Part shown: positions 1 through 12,432 of the stretch, in pieces
Layout of the letters: each line of letters opens with the position of its first letter
Position numbering within the stretch: position 1 is the first letter of the stretch
NCBI GenBank assembly: GCA_964016885.1
Contig: OZ024742.1
Span: 180,730,001 to 180,794,000 of the forward strand
Reading direction: 5' to 3'
From: Eledone cirrhosa
Lineage: Eukaryota
Length of the DNA: 64,000 nucleotides
Program-made: the position numbers and the translations under genes
Notes under the pieces: model-generated
Database searches by the model: none
What the model was told of the DNA's origin: nothing
What the model saw: only the letters and a program-made list of their open reading frames with translations

Positions 1-26
1 ATAATTTCATTATTATTATTATTATT

Positions 27-1728
27 GGTCACCTTTCGGAACCTTTCAACATCATGCGCTTGGTCCGCCAAGGATGTCCTCTCTCGTCCCTGTTGTACGC
101 ATTGACTCTCGAGCCATTACTGCACAAACTGCAGACGTTGAGGGGGTCCCGCATGAACTAAGATGCAGAAGAACCATGTCAGCATATGCAGATACCATCA
201 CCGTAGTGGTGTAGAACGCCAAACACATCGAGGCGATTGGCACCACACTAAGAGAATACGTGGTGGTGACAGGAGCAATGATCATCCAGGAAAAATCAGT
301 AGGCCTGCAACTCAGCATCTGAAGAGGCAGGTCCATGCCATCCAACAACGTCGTCGGGTGGTGGATGGATGGACCGGTTAAATTGCTAATGGTCTGGTTC
401 GGTCCAGACCTCCAGATGGACCAAAACTGGGAGGTGGTGACGAGCAAGGTGGCTTCTCTCACCCAGAAATGGTCCAAGAGGAAGCTATCCCTGAAAGGTC
501 AAGTGAAGGTGGTGAACACGTACATAACGTCCATCATCTACTACATGCCTTGTCCTAAGCCTCACCTGACTGCACTGGAGCGTTTGCTCTTTTGCTTTTT
601 GTGGAAGGGACGTGCTCCGATGGTCAGGCAGTCCATCTGCTGTCAACACCCGCTACGCAGAGGGCTCGACAATGATCAGGTGTGGTCACCCTTTGCTAGA
701 CACATGTTTCCCCAGCTCATCATATTGACGGAGCTGCAGTCTTGGGTTAAGTGAAGACCGAGAGGAAGAGCTTGGAGACTAGAGTGTCTTCAGGCACTTA
801 CAGCCCTCGACCAGTCGGGCAATACGATCGCTGGAAACTCCACCTTGGCTTTCTATAGAGGGTTAGTGGAAGGAAAGAGCAATGATGTCCTTGGGGAGAC
901 TCTAGGCGTCGATGAAAACCAACTAGCCAATCTCTTCGGGAGAACTTTCGGGCCGGGGCCCATGGACAACTTCCAGAAATCCCTGGCCTGGCAGTTCTAC
1001 CGAGGAGTCTTGCCAGTTCGGAATAAACTCTACAGGCATGGAAGTGCCGTCAGCCGAGCCTGTCCGAGATGCTTGCAGGGTGATGAAACCGTCCTGCATG
1101 CACTTGTCCAGTGTCCGAGCATGGCTGACTTGTGGGTTTATGCTGAATACCTGCTGTTACGTGTAGAACGGATCCAGCTATCAGCTAAATCCATCATGAG
1201 AATTGCCCCGCCGCCTTCCTTTAGCCGAGAAGGGCAGGCAGTTTTTATCTGCCTGGTGGCCATGGTAAAAGAGATCGTATGGGGGGGACACGTCTGAAAG
1301 GCTTGACGACGGGTACTTTCCTCTTCAGTGACACCCTCATTAACTTTTTCAGGTTTCACCTGGAAAGGAAAAACAGGATGGAGAGGGAAGTGCTGACTTC
1401 CAGACAGTTTGTTGAAAGATGGGTGAGAGAGGCAAGAATGATCTGTGTGAATGGGTCTACCCTGAGTGTGTGCCTGTAGCATTGTAGGAGGAAAACTGGA
1501 AGAGGGCATTTGCCCTAGCGGTCAGGGTAACAGTGGCTTTTCTCATGGGATTTCTCCACGAGCGACTCTCAGAGGTCTCCCACCTATTGGGGAATCTTTT
1601 CATTGTTTCCACATACTCTGTTTTTGTTTTTTTTACATGCAGAAATGCCCATTTGTATTGTCCTGTGTTGTCCTTAATGTTATACTTTGTGTCAACCCTT
1701 GTGGTTAATAAAGAAAGCATTATTATTA
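27..1728 (+). mobile_element. 5'-truncated, decayed Tx1/L1-clade non-LTR retrotransposon, copy 1 (end of RT, C-terminal CCHC zinc finger, 3' UTR)
   Basis: Frameshifted ORFs 335-754, 845-1297 (CPRCLQGDETVLHALVQC, zf-RVT type) and 1279-1479; AYADTITV remnant near 180; AATAAA at ~1707; (ATT)n on both sides; collinear with 3285-5030. Confidence 0.9.
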
Positions 1729-1729
1729 T

Positions 1730-1920
1730 GGTTGGTGAATTGGCAGTATCAGTAGACGGTTGGACGCCATGCTTTCTGGCATAGTTACGTCCCTTTACAG
1801 TCTGAGCTCAAATCCCATTGAGGTTAACTTTGTCTTTCATCCTTACGGGGTCGATAAAATAAAGTACCAGTAATGTACTGGGTAATTGCTGGCCTTGTGC
1901 CAAAAGTAGAAACAATTATT
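1730..1920 (+). mobile_element. tRNA-derived SINE family A (MetaSINE-like central domain)
   Basis: A/B-box head, CTTTCATCCTTACGGGGTCGATAAAATAAAGTACCAG core, (ATT)n tail; more than 12 copies in the window. Confidence 0.85.
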
Positions 1921-1947
1921 ATTATCATTATTATTATTATTATTATT

Positions 1948-4900
1948 GGCGACCTACCTAGTGATTGTATCATCGTGAGCTCTGCAAAGGTTTGTTATTT
2001 TCAGTTATTTAAAATTGCCATTTATGGAAAATTTTTATTGTTAACTGTATATAAGTGCACATACATTGATTTCTGAAAAGGACACTCAAAAATATTGGGG
2101 CCTTGAGCCCAAAATTTAAACTTTTTATAATTATCAAACAAAAATTTTTCTTTGAAAAATCATGGATGTCTCAGAGTCACTCATACCTCACAATCTAACA
2201 CCTCACACCGACACCACCATTGTAAATATTGCTACGTTTGCCAACACTGGAAATGTAAGCAGTAGCAATATTTTAAATTTGTCTCAGGCAGACGTTCATT
2301 TCCCGCCATTACCAATGACTGCAGGTGTTTTAGCCACCACCACCACCACCACCACGACAACCAGCACCCCCACCACCACCACGGCGACAACAGAAACAAA
2401 AGAAAAAAATAACCAATTCTTCAATGCAAAGCACGAAGGCTGCGTTGTCAGAGCTAGGGTGCGTGCTCTCAGACACGAGGGGACAAAAGCCGTTCAATGG
2501 GCCCGAGTGGCGGAGGCGCGTGGTGGCAACAAAGCCACGATCCGGTCTTTGGTGGACCATGACGGGCGCATGCTACTCGATCCCGGGCAAATGTGTGAAG
2601 CTTTTCAGCGACACTTCGCTCAGTTGTTCGGGGCAGCGGCGGGCCGGATCGAGGGTGGACTTTAGTGTCTACCTCGATGGACTGCCGCGGAGTGTTGCGA
2701 AAAGCCGATAACAGCCGCTGAAGTGCGGGAGGCAATGACTAGCTGCACAAGGGATAAATCGCCTGGTTTGGATGGTCTGCCCTATGAACTTTACGTACAG
2801 ATGCCAGACTTGTTCGAAGGCCTCTTAGCGGACGTCTACTGCAACTGGCAAGAGAACCGGAGAATTCCCAGCTCTGTGAGCCGAGTAGCTGTGGCGCGGC
2901 TGAGAAAGGATCCGAACAAGGGGGATAACATAGATAATTTTAGGTCCATAATTCTGCTAAACACAGAGTTCAAGATTTTGGCGAAGGTGCTAGCAAAGAG
3001 GTTGGCGCTTGTCGTTGGCGGTCTGGTGAGAGAGGCGCAGACATGCGCCATTCCCGACAGATCCATCCGTGACAACCTCCTCCTCATGCGATACATCGTA
3101 GAGAGGGTAGCTAGGGAACCTGGCACGGATGGGTCCTTGATCAATTTAGATCAGTCGAAAGCTCTCGATAGGGTCGACCATCGTTACCTAGCGGCAGTCC
3201 TGAGGGCGGCTGGCTTTGGGCCCGTCTTCAGAGGCTGGATCGCTGCCATGCACAGCGACATCTGCTCTGTGGTGAGAGTGAACGGTCACCTTTCGGAACC
3301 GTTCAACATCATGTGCTCGGTCCGCCAAGGATGTCCCCTTTCGTCCCTCTTGTACGTATTGACTCTCGAGCCATTACTGCACAAACTGGAGACGTTGAGG
3401 GGGTCCCGCGCGAACTAGGATGCGGAAGATCCGTGTCAGCATATGCAGACGATGTCACCGTAGTGGTGTCGAACGCCAAACACATCGAGGCAATCGGTAC
3501 TACACTAAGAGAATACGAAGCGGTGACAGGAGCAATGATCAACCAGGAAAAGTCAGTGGGCCTGCAGCTCGGCACCTGGAGAGGCAGGTCCATGCCGTCC
3601 AACAGCGTCGTTGGGCGCTGGACGGATGGACCAGTTCTCCAGACGGACAAAAACTGGGACGAGGTGACGTGCAGGGTGGCTTCTCTCACCCAGAAATGGA
3701 CCGAGAGGAAACTATCCCTGAAAGGTCGAGCGGAGGTAGCTAACGCATACATCGCGTCTGTCATTTGTTACCGCCTGACCGTCGTACCTTGTCCTAAGCC
3801 CCGCCTGACTGCTCTGGAGCATTTGCTCTTTCGCTTTTTGTGGAAGGGACGCGCTCCGATGGTCAGGCGGTCCATCTGTTGTCAACACCCGCTACGTGGA
3901 GGGCTGGGCATGCCGTGGCTGATGATGCGCAGACACGTGCTCAGGCTACGACATCTCCACCTCTTCCTCGACGGTGATCAGGTGTGGTCGCCCTTTGCTA
4001 GACGCGTATTTCCCCAGCTCGTTTCCTTGACGGAGCTGCAGTCCTGGGTCAAGCGAAGACCGAGAGGGAGTGCCTGGAGACTGGAATGTCTTCAGGCACT
4101 CACAGCCCTCAACCAATCGGGCAATGTGATCGATCGAAACTCCACCTCAGCGTTCTATAGAGCATTATCGGAGGGGAAGAGCAACGACGTACTTGGGGAA
4201 ACTCTAGGCATCGACGAAAATCAACTAGCCAATCTCTTCGGAAGAACTTTTGGGCCGGGGCCTATGGACAACTTCCAGAAATCTCTGGCCTGGCAGTGCT
4301 ACCGAGGAGCCTTGCCAGTTCGAGATAAACTCTACAGGTATGGAGGTGCTGTCAGCCGGGCATGTCAGAGATGCGCGCAGGGCGACGAAACCGTCCTGCA
4401 CGCACTCGTCCCGTGTCCGAAAATTGCTTACTTGTGGGTTTATGTCGAACACCTGCTGTCGCGTGTAGGACGGATCCGGCTATCATCTGAGTCCATCGTG
4501 AGGATTAACGCGCCCTCTTCCTTTAGCCGGGAAGGGCAGGCAGTTTTTATCTGTCTTTGGCCATGGCGAAAGAGATAGTATGGTGGACACGTTTGAAAGA
4601 GCTGAAGACGAGCACTTACCTCTTCGGTGATGCCCTGATTAACTTTTTCAAATTTCATTTGAAAAGGAAAATCAGGGTAGAAAGGGAAGTGCTCTCTTCC
4701 CAGCATTTTGTTGAAAGATGGGTGAGAGAGGCAAGAATGACTCGAGTGGATGGGCCTACTCTGAGTATGTGTCTGTAAATTAAAGGTGGAAAACTGGGAG
4801 AGGGCACAAGCCCTGGTGGTCAGGGTCACTGTGGCTTTTTAATGGGCTTTCTCCACGAATGTCCCTCGGAAGTCTCCCCCCTATTGGGGAATTTTTTCAT

Positions 4901-5030
4901 TGTTCTATTATTACATCCTCTGTTTCTTGTTTTTTACACGCAGAAATGCCCATTTGTACCGCCCTGTATTGTCCTGTACTGTCCTTAATGTCTACTTTAT
5001 GTAAACCCTTGTGGTTAATAAAGAAATCAT
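1948..5030 (+). mobile_element. Tx1/L1-clade non-LTR retrotransposon, copy 2 (RT plus zinc finger, frameshifted; endonuclease absent)
   Basis: ORFs 2723-3418 (KSPGLDGLPYE, DQSKALDRV, RQGCPLS), 3313-4578 (AYADDVTV, CQRCAQGDETVLHALVPC) and 4557-4778; AATAAA then (ATT)n. Confidence 0.92.
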
Positions 5031-6004
5031 TATTATTATTATTATTATTATTAATATTATTATTATTATTATTGTACTAAGCCACACATTCAAAAGTTTG
5101 CGGCAATCCTAGCCACTTGTGAATATAGCTATTCCTTTTCCACTGAATGATCTTGAAACATATTAGTGTGATTTCATACATTTGTAGCTGCTCCACTCAT
5201 TATATCAACTAAAAGATGAGTACAAATTTATGTTTTAATACTTGCATTAGAATATGCAATATGATATCACTACAGTTTTTAAATGCAATATTTTTCAATT
5301 GGAAATACAACTTAATTTAGCTTCTATTGCACTTGATAATCTGATACTGCATAAAAATCAACTTATCAACATTTTGATTTTATTTACTTTTTCTTGAAAA
5401 TTCATTTTCATATAAAAGGAAAATGGTTAAAATCAAACAGATTATATTTATTTATATGAAATAACATATTTGCTATGCTTAGATTACACATAATGTACTA
5501 AAATAGTATTAAAACATTTCAAATAGAAAATTTAACTGTATATTTATTGAATATAAAATGCACTATGTTTAAAAGAATGTGTTTTGTGATATATTCTCTG
5601 TACTACTACTACTACTACTACTACTACTGCTAAATTCATCCACTTCTTTGCGGTGACATGAATAAACTTTCCATCTCATCTGATCCAACATTAACACCCT
5701 CAGTTCTTCACCAGACAATTCTGTATCTTCTTCAATGATTCTTTTGAATGTCTTGAGAGATCTTCTGCATTTGTGTTCACCTTAGTGGGCTCCCATAGTA
5801 ACAATTTTGTAGTAGCTTCATTGCCTCTCATGGCATAACCTGCAAGCTAGAAATGCCTGATGTGGATGGTATGGCTAATGAGCAGTAGCTTCCTGTAGAG
5901 AATTTTGTTTGAAACAAAGTTGAGAGGTTTGATATTTTTTATCCTTCTTGGCGTTCGGATTTAGCAACTATCTAAAGCTTTAGCGACATCGTAATATAAA
6001 TATA

Positions 6005-6221
6005 ATGGTTTCTGATTTAGGCACAAGGCAAATAATTTTTGGGGAAGAGAAAGTCGATTAAATCGATCCCAGTGTGTTACTGGTACTTTATTTATCGACC
6101 CCACGAGGACGAAAGGCAAAGCTAACTTCGGCGAGATTTGAACTAAAAAAATAAGGGACAGTAACTCTATGCTATGAAGCCGGGTGTGTGATGCTTTATC
6201 GATACTGCCAATCCACCACCC
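6005..6221 (-). mobile_element. SINE family A
   Basis: Reverse complement of the family A core (CTGGTACTTTATTTATCGACCCC) and head. Confidence 0.8.
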
Positions 6222-6235
6222 TAAAAATATTAATA

Positions 6236-6976
6236 ACTAGCAGTGGTGCCTGGCGTTGCATGGGATAAGGTATTTTGGAACGCGGGCCACCAACAGACCT
6301 AATCGTGGAAAAACTGCATGGACAATATGTAAAGAAAATAAACTGATGAATACCCTGATGGCTGGATAATCTTTAAGATTTTCCTCGATGAAGCAGGAAA
6401 AATGCATGTTTTCACCTAATGTGGGCCCTAGAGGATCAAGAAAATGAATTTTTTTAATGTGCATAGTATGCCTTGAAAATTCAGGAAAATCGGCTAGACG
6501 TAACGCCTCAAAGAAACCCTAAAAAGCTGAAAAAACGTAGTTTTTCACCTAATGCGGGCCCTAGGGTATCAAAAAGGTGTATCCATGAAACATAAGTAAT
6601 ACACATGTAAAGTTTGAAAAAAATCGGTTGGGAACTTCTCGAGTTTTAGGGATTCAAACTCACACACACAGACATCCTCAGGGAAGTGACGTAATGCAGA
6701 CAGCCAGACATACAGACAGATATTATAAGGGCGCGATGTTATATCTATGTATCTATCTAAAAAGAGAAAGACTAAGAATTATACAGAGAGATCGCTAAAT
6801 CACCTAATGCGGTCCCTAGGGCATTGAAAATTTGAAATTATTTTTGCTCAGAACACTCCCTGAAACATAAGTATTACATGTGTAAAGTTTGAAAACAGCC
6901 GGTTGGGTGGTTCTCGAGTTTTAGGGATTTGAACTCATACACACACAGACATACATCCTCAGTTTTATATATATAG
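6236..6976 (-). mobile_element. Non-autonomous Helitron-like element
   Basis: Minus strand begins CTATATATATAAAA and ends with a GC-rich imperfect hairpin followed by CTAG(T); internal repeats (CACCTAATGCGGGCCCTAGG x3; ~95 bp block at 6586 and 6861). Confidence 0.7.
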
Positions 6977-7309
6977 TTGATGTACCCTCTGTCAGTTTCA
7001 ACTGAGGTGGGGAGGATGCTAAACATTTCTTAAATTAATATGTAAGTGCCTATGTATACCACAGACACATGTACCCTTAATGTAATTCTCAAGCAGAATT
7101 GAGGTGACACAATATTTAATATGGCTGAATGTTTCACTTGCAGGTACAATTTAATCGATAGGCTTCCATTCAGGTTCTGTCAGTTCAATTTTGACTTAAG
7201 ACTACGGTAAGCTGACCCTCAGTGAGGTCAGACTCAGGAACTTATCATTGTGAAGCAAACTTTTTAACTACTCTGCATTAATAGTATTATTCTTATTATA
7301 GTGATATAA

Positions 7310-7530
7310 GGGTGGTGGATTGGCAGTATCGGTAGCGCATTGGACACCCTACTTCACGGTATAGAGTTACAAGCCTTTATGTTCTGAGTTCAAATCCTGC
7401 TGAGGTTAGCTTTGCCTTTCATCCTTACAAGGTCGATGAAATAAAGTACCAGTCACGCACTAGGGTTGATTTAATCGACTTTATTCTCCCCCAAAATTGC
7501 TGGCTTTGTGCTTAAATCAGCAAACATTAC
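7310..7530 (+). mobile_element. SINE family A
   Basis: GGTGGATTGGCAGTATCGGTAG head, GAGTTCAAATCC B box, family core. Confidence 0.85.
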
Positions 7531-8358
7531 TTTGATGATATAAAATATTATTGTTTTTATTAAGTATGAAATCATTATCATGTTGCTGTTGTTAATTAGA
7601 ACCCAAGTCAGTCTTGACTGAGCAGGCCTATAATCAAAGGAATTTCCACTATGATCATCCCTTCTTTTTATCAGGAAAAATATATTTTTGATAACATCAT
7701 CAAATATGTTCTTTTATTGAAGACATCAGAGTCTGGTTTGAAAAACATTTGACTGCTATGTATTTAATTATACAACCTTATATAAAACTGTGATCTATCA
7801 TCATCATCATCATCATTCCATCCACTTTCCATGCTATCATATTTTGCATGTTGTTTCTTGGTTTGACTCCCCCTCCCTAACACCAACCACCTTACAAAAA
7901 AAAGTAACAGCAACAGCAACAAAATACAAATCCCAAAACGCAATCTAAAAAAAAGACAAATACATAGGTAGAACAAAGTCACTATAACTTTGTAGATATA
8001 TGCTTGATTATGGTTTGAAAATATGGAAGAATATTCTTGTAATTGATTTAAATGAATGTAAAATGAATTATGACAATAGAAGGAGTGACAAGAGGGAAAA
8101 GGATAATAGAAACTTGAAGATTTATGCATCTTTTTACAAAATGTTGTAATTAAAGAATTCTTGAATTAAATTTTTTTTTACTATAAACCCCATGGTTTTT
8201 ATGGGTAATAATTCTACTATGTAAATATATATATATTTATATATATATATATATTTTTTTCTTATGAGGAAGAAAAATGTATTTTTCTTCCTCATAATCG
8301 TCTCTTTCTCCCTATTTTCATATATATATATATATTTATATATATATATATATATATA

Positions 8359-8535
8359 ACGAGGGACGTGTGGTAAGGAACCAGATGGACCATAACGCAC
8401 CAGAGTACTCAATACTTAGGGTAGTAATAGGAAAATGTTTAACCCCAATGGTAGAGCTCAAGCCGTTTCGACACCATTTCTGGAAATAGCCATTGAAACG
8501 GCTTGAGATCTGCTGTCGGTGTTAAACATTTTCCT
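8359..8535. repeat. (TA)n-flanked repeat with terminal hairpin; second copy at 17722-17845 in opposite orientation
   Basis: TAGGAAAATGTTTAAC...GTTAAACATTTTCCTA inverted repeat; GGAACCAGATGGACCATAACGCACCAGAGTACTCAATACTTAG shared with ~17783-17826. Confidence 0.75.
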
Positions 8536-8556
8536 ATATATATATATATATATATA

Positions 8557-8595
8557 GTGCTCTACCACTACAGATATTACCTTCCAGTGTTCTAC

Positions 8596-8639
<44 letters not shown>

Positions 8640-8746
8640 GTAGAACACTGGAAGGTAACGTCCATGGGATGAGTTTGGTAGAAGTAGTAACACAACAGTT
8701 AGTTCACCATACTGAGCATTATGGTGAACTAACTGTTGTGTTACTA

Positions 8747-8750
<4 letters not shown>
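8557..8750. repeat. (TA)n-flanked double-hairpin repeat; relative at 55703-55848
   Basis: TTACCTTCCAGTGTTCTACCTCTC.../...GAGAGGTAGAACACTGGAAGGTAA and AAGTAGTAACACAACAGTTAGTTCACCAT/ATGGTGAACTAACTGTTGTGTTACTACTT. Confidence 0.75.
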
Positions 8751-8810
<60 letters not shown>

Positions 8811-9427
8811 TATCTATTGAAAAACATTAAACATTTAGAGAATTAAGACACAATATTTCAATTTTCTGGTAACAAATAGAAATGGATAGCTGATTGGGTG
8901 CAATTTTTTTTTATAGATATAAAATCTATCACAGAAATATGAAATAAAATCCAAATTATTTATTAATATATTTCAGCATAACTCACCTTCCTTAGGACAT
9001 GTTAGAATTAAAGTTTGAAATCCATTAATTCAGCACAGAAAGCCAAACAACATCTGTTTTTGATGAATGTATAAATTAGAAAGTCAGATCATCATCATCA
9101 TTATATATCTGCTTTGCATGCTGGCATGAGTTGGATGGGTTGTCACAGTCTGAGACCAGACTGTCTGAGTCACTTCAACTTGCAGATACACTATATTTGT
9201 TATGGTTTCTACAATTGGATGTTACCTTACATGGTAGAAATCATGCCAAAAAATCTTTAATCATGAAATATGACAATCCATCCAATAAATTTAAGTAAAG
9301 AAAGCAGACGTAAAATGATGATGATGATGATATATATATGCAAAAAGTAAAGGTAAACATAAAAGTAATTAACACATTACCATGAAGAAATATATTAACT
9401 TAATGCTTGATATAGTAGGAAAAAATG

Positions 9428-9463
9428 TCCTGACGTTTTGGACACTAGTCCTTCATCAGAAGA
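9428..9463 (-). ncRNA. Degenerate minimal hammerhead ribozyme motif (family also at 44872, 47384, 51754)
   Basis: Minus strand TCTT-CTGATGA-A-GGAC TAGT GTCC-AAAA-CG-TC-AGGA; core G12 changed to A. Confidence 0.55.
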
Positions 9464-11324
9464 TAGAATGAGAAATAAAAGAAGAAATAGAAAGATAGAG
9501 AGGTAGACATTTTTTTAGTAAAAGTATTTAGCCAGCCATTTTGGATGCTATCATGGGTTCGATGAGTTGTCCTGTAGTGAGCAATGCCAGGTCAGGTAAC
9601 AATGTCTTACTCATACAGAACTGATTTTGGCTTGGTTTCTACTGCTGGATGTCCTTCCTAATGCCAACCACATTTACAGTGATTACTGGGTACTTTTTTA
9701 TCATGACACCTACACAATCACTTTACAGTGTGGACTGGGTGCTTTTTTTATGACACATACACGACCACTTTACAGTGTAAGCTGTGTGATTTTTGTCGTG
9801 TTGCCATCATGTTCACTTTACAGTGTGGGCTGGAGGCTTCACTAGATGTATGCTTCAGACTACCCTTATAGGAGATGTATGGGAGGGTGATATAAATATA
9901 TATATAATATTACCAAATTCCTTCAGCAAACATATTTGGTGATTAATTTTTAGTTTTTGATATTTTGTACTTAAACCTTGATATCCTGTAATAATTTAGC
10001 AGGAAATATCTAAAAAGTGGGTTTGTCAATTCATATGCTTAAAGTATCTTTATTAATGTACAGATGATTGTGAAAGTATGCGGTATTAGGGTAAAGATTT
10101 AACTTTTAATGTTACTGTTTTGTACTTTCCAAAAATGTGTTCCTAATGTTGTTTCATAAGGTACAGTATCATCATAAGCATCATCATCATTATCCTCAAC
10201 ATCCCTGTTTTAAGTTTATTTTCCATGCTCACAAAGTTTAGAGGGGCTGTTGATTAGAGGCTAGACATGTAGGTCAGATGGCAAGGTATTTGTTATACAT
10301 TACATTTTGACATGGTTTCTATGGTTGGACGCCCTTCCTAATGCCAACCACTTCATGGCATGTATCAGATTTGTTTTCTCATGTTACCACCACTATCACT
10401 TGACATGGTGAACTGGATGTTTTTTCTGTGGCACCAGCACTACTACTTTACAGAGTAGGCTGGGTGTATTTTATTGTGGCACCAGCACTACTATTTTACA
10501 GAGTTGGCTGGATGTATATTATCATGGCACCAGTACTATTACTTTACTGAGTGGGTCAGGTGAATTTTATTGTGGGATCAGTACTACTACTTTACAGAGT
10601 AGGCCGAGTGCATTAAATTGTGACTCCCTTCACCTCTTTGTCTGGCTGAGCTGATGTGAAGAGATAATTAAGTTTATTAGGTAATTAATCAGTATGGAAC
10701 AGATCAAATAACTTCCTTATTTACTATTATCTCACACAAATTTCCTATTGCGATCTTCATATATTAGCTATATTAATAACCATATAAATGCATATAATTA
10801 GCTTTCTAATATTGATAACTGATTTTGCAGGTGGATGAATGCTGGGTGGTTGTGTGGCAAGGTGGCTAGTGGATGAATAGTTTATCGTAGTTTCTGAAGA
10901 TTTTCGGTTTTAATTAAATTTAGAAACCTGTGTTCTTTGTCATTTGATATTGTTACATAGAGTATGGTCTCTTGGGAATTGTTGAAATATCCACGTGTAG
11001 AATATTGAAACAGATTTCATTGTATTTCTCTGATACTCATCTCATACATACATATAGAGATGTGTGTGTGTGTATGTATTTGTATATATACATATGTATA
11101 TAAACATAGAGTATATTATTAAATTTACAACAATATGTACATTCATATGTATATCACTATTTCAGAGCACCAATACAAATATATATACACAAACACACAT
11201 AAATTTTAAGCAATTTCGTGAATATAAGGAAGTGTACTCAGTATTTTGTGCAACATAATTATATTTATAATAATATAGTAGTTAAATTTTAATACTTTCT
11301 ATGCGTATAAATTTCCTGCTAAAT

Positions 11325-11513
11325 AATTGTTTCTACTTTTGGCACAAGGCCAGCAATTACCCAGTGCATTACTGGTACTTTATTTTATCTACCCCGTAAG
11401 GATGAAAGGCAAAGTTAACCTCGGCGGGATTTGAACTCAGAATGGTAAGGGCTGTAACTCTATGCATCAAAGCATGGCGTCCGACCCTCTACCGATACTG
11501 CCAATCCACCACC
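11325..11513 (-). mobile_element. SINE family A with target-site duplication
   Basis: Family sequence flanked by duplicated ATTTCCTGCTAAATAAT (11311 and 11514). Confidence 0.88.
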
Positions 11514-11628
11514 ATTTCCTGCTAAATAATGCATTCATAAGTTCTTTACTGTAAGAAGTACTAGATACTTCCCCTATTCTGTCATGGCTTACTAGCTTTA
11601 TATGGCCGTTTAAATTGATTAAATAAAT

Positions 11629-11941
11629 GGAAGCACATGGCTTAGTGGTTAGAGCATTGGCCTTGCAGTCGAAAGGTTGTGAGTTCAATTCTCAGACCGG
11701 GTGATGTGTTGTTTCCTTGAGCAAGACACTTTATTTCACATTGCTCCAGTTTATTCAGTTGTAGAAATGAGATGATAGGGCAAAGTGGTCGTGGAGGTGG
11801 CACGGCAAAAAAAGCACCCAGCACTCACGGTAAATGAGGTTGGTGTTAGGAAGGGCATCCAGCTGTAGAAATCAAGCCAGAATCAGTTCCCGTCCCACCC
11901 TTGCAAGCAGGGAAAAGCGGACGTAAAATGATGATGATGAA
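11629..11941 (+). mobile_element. tRNA-derived SINE family B (CORE-like domain, RTE-derived 3' tail)
   Basis: A box TGGCTTAGTGG, B box GAGTTCAATTC, GTTTCCTTGAGCAAGACACTT core, GGTGTTAGGAAGGGCATCCAGC tail shared with the RTE LINEs, (TGA)n end. Confidence 0.85.
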
Positions 11942-12025
11942 ATGAATAAATAAATAAATACATTCTGGTTTCAAATCCTGCACTTTATATCCCTGCACTT
12001 TATACCTGTTAAGTACTGAGTTGAT

Positions 12026-12432
12026 TTAACCCTTTAGCATTTAAACCAGCTGCATTCAGCCAGAATTCGCACAATTCTTTCTGTTCAAGTCGGCTGTAAC
12101 TAGTTGCTCATACTGATGTTAAGGTATTTTTCTCAACATAAATAATATAAAAATCTCATAGATTGGTTATTATGTAAGATAATTGTGAGGTAAAGCCTTC
12201 ACCACAAAAACATAATAGTAAATTTAGAGTAATTGTTTCTACTGTTGGCACAAGGCCATAAATCACCCAGTACATTACTGGTACTTTATATTATCGACCC
12301 TGTAAGGATGAAAGGCAAAGTTAACCTCGGCGGGATTTGAACTCAGACCATAAAGGGCCGTAACTCTTTGCTGGAAAGCATGGCATCCGACCTTCTACCG
12401 ATACTGCTGTAATCTAAATTCTAAAGGGTTAA
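12026..12432. mobile_element. piggyBac-type MITE with nested SINE A (12230-12408)
   Basis: TTAA-CCCTTTAG ... CTAAAGGG-TTAA termini; relatives at 13686-13895, 24230-24440 and 42499-42725. Confidence 0.8.

Noticed and set aside
11629-11700. tRNA-like sequences at SINE heads
   Set aside because: A and B boxes run straight into SINE bodies and no complete cloverleaf forms
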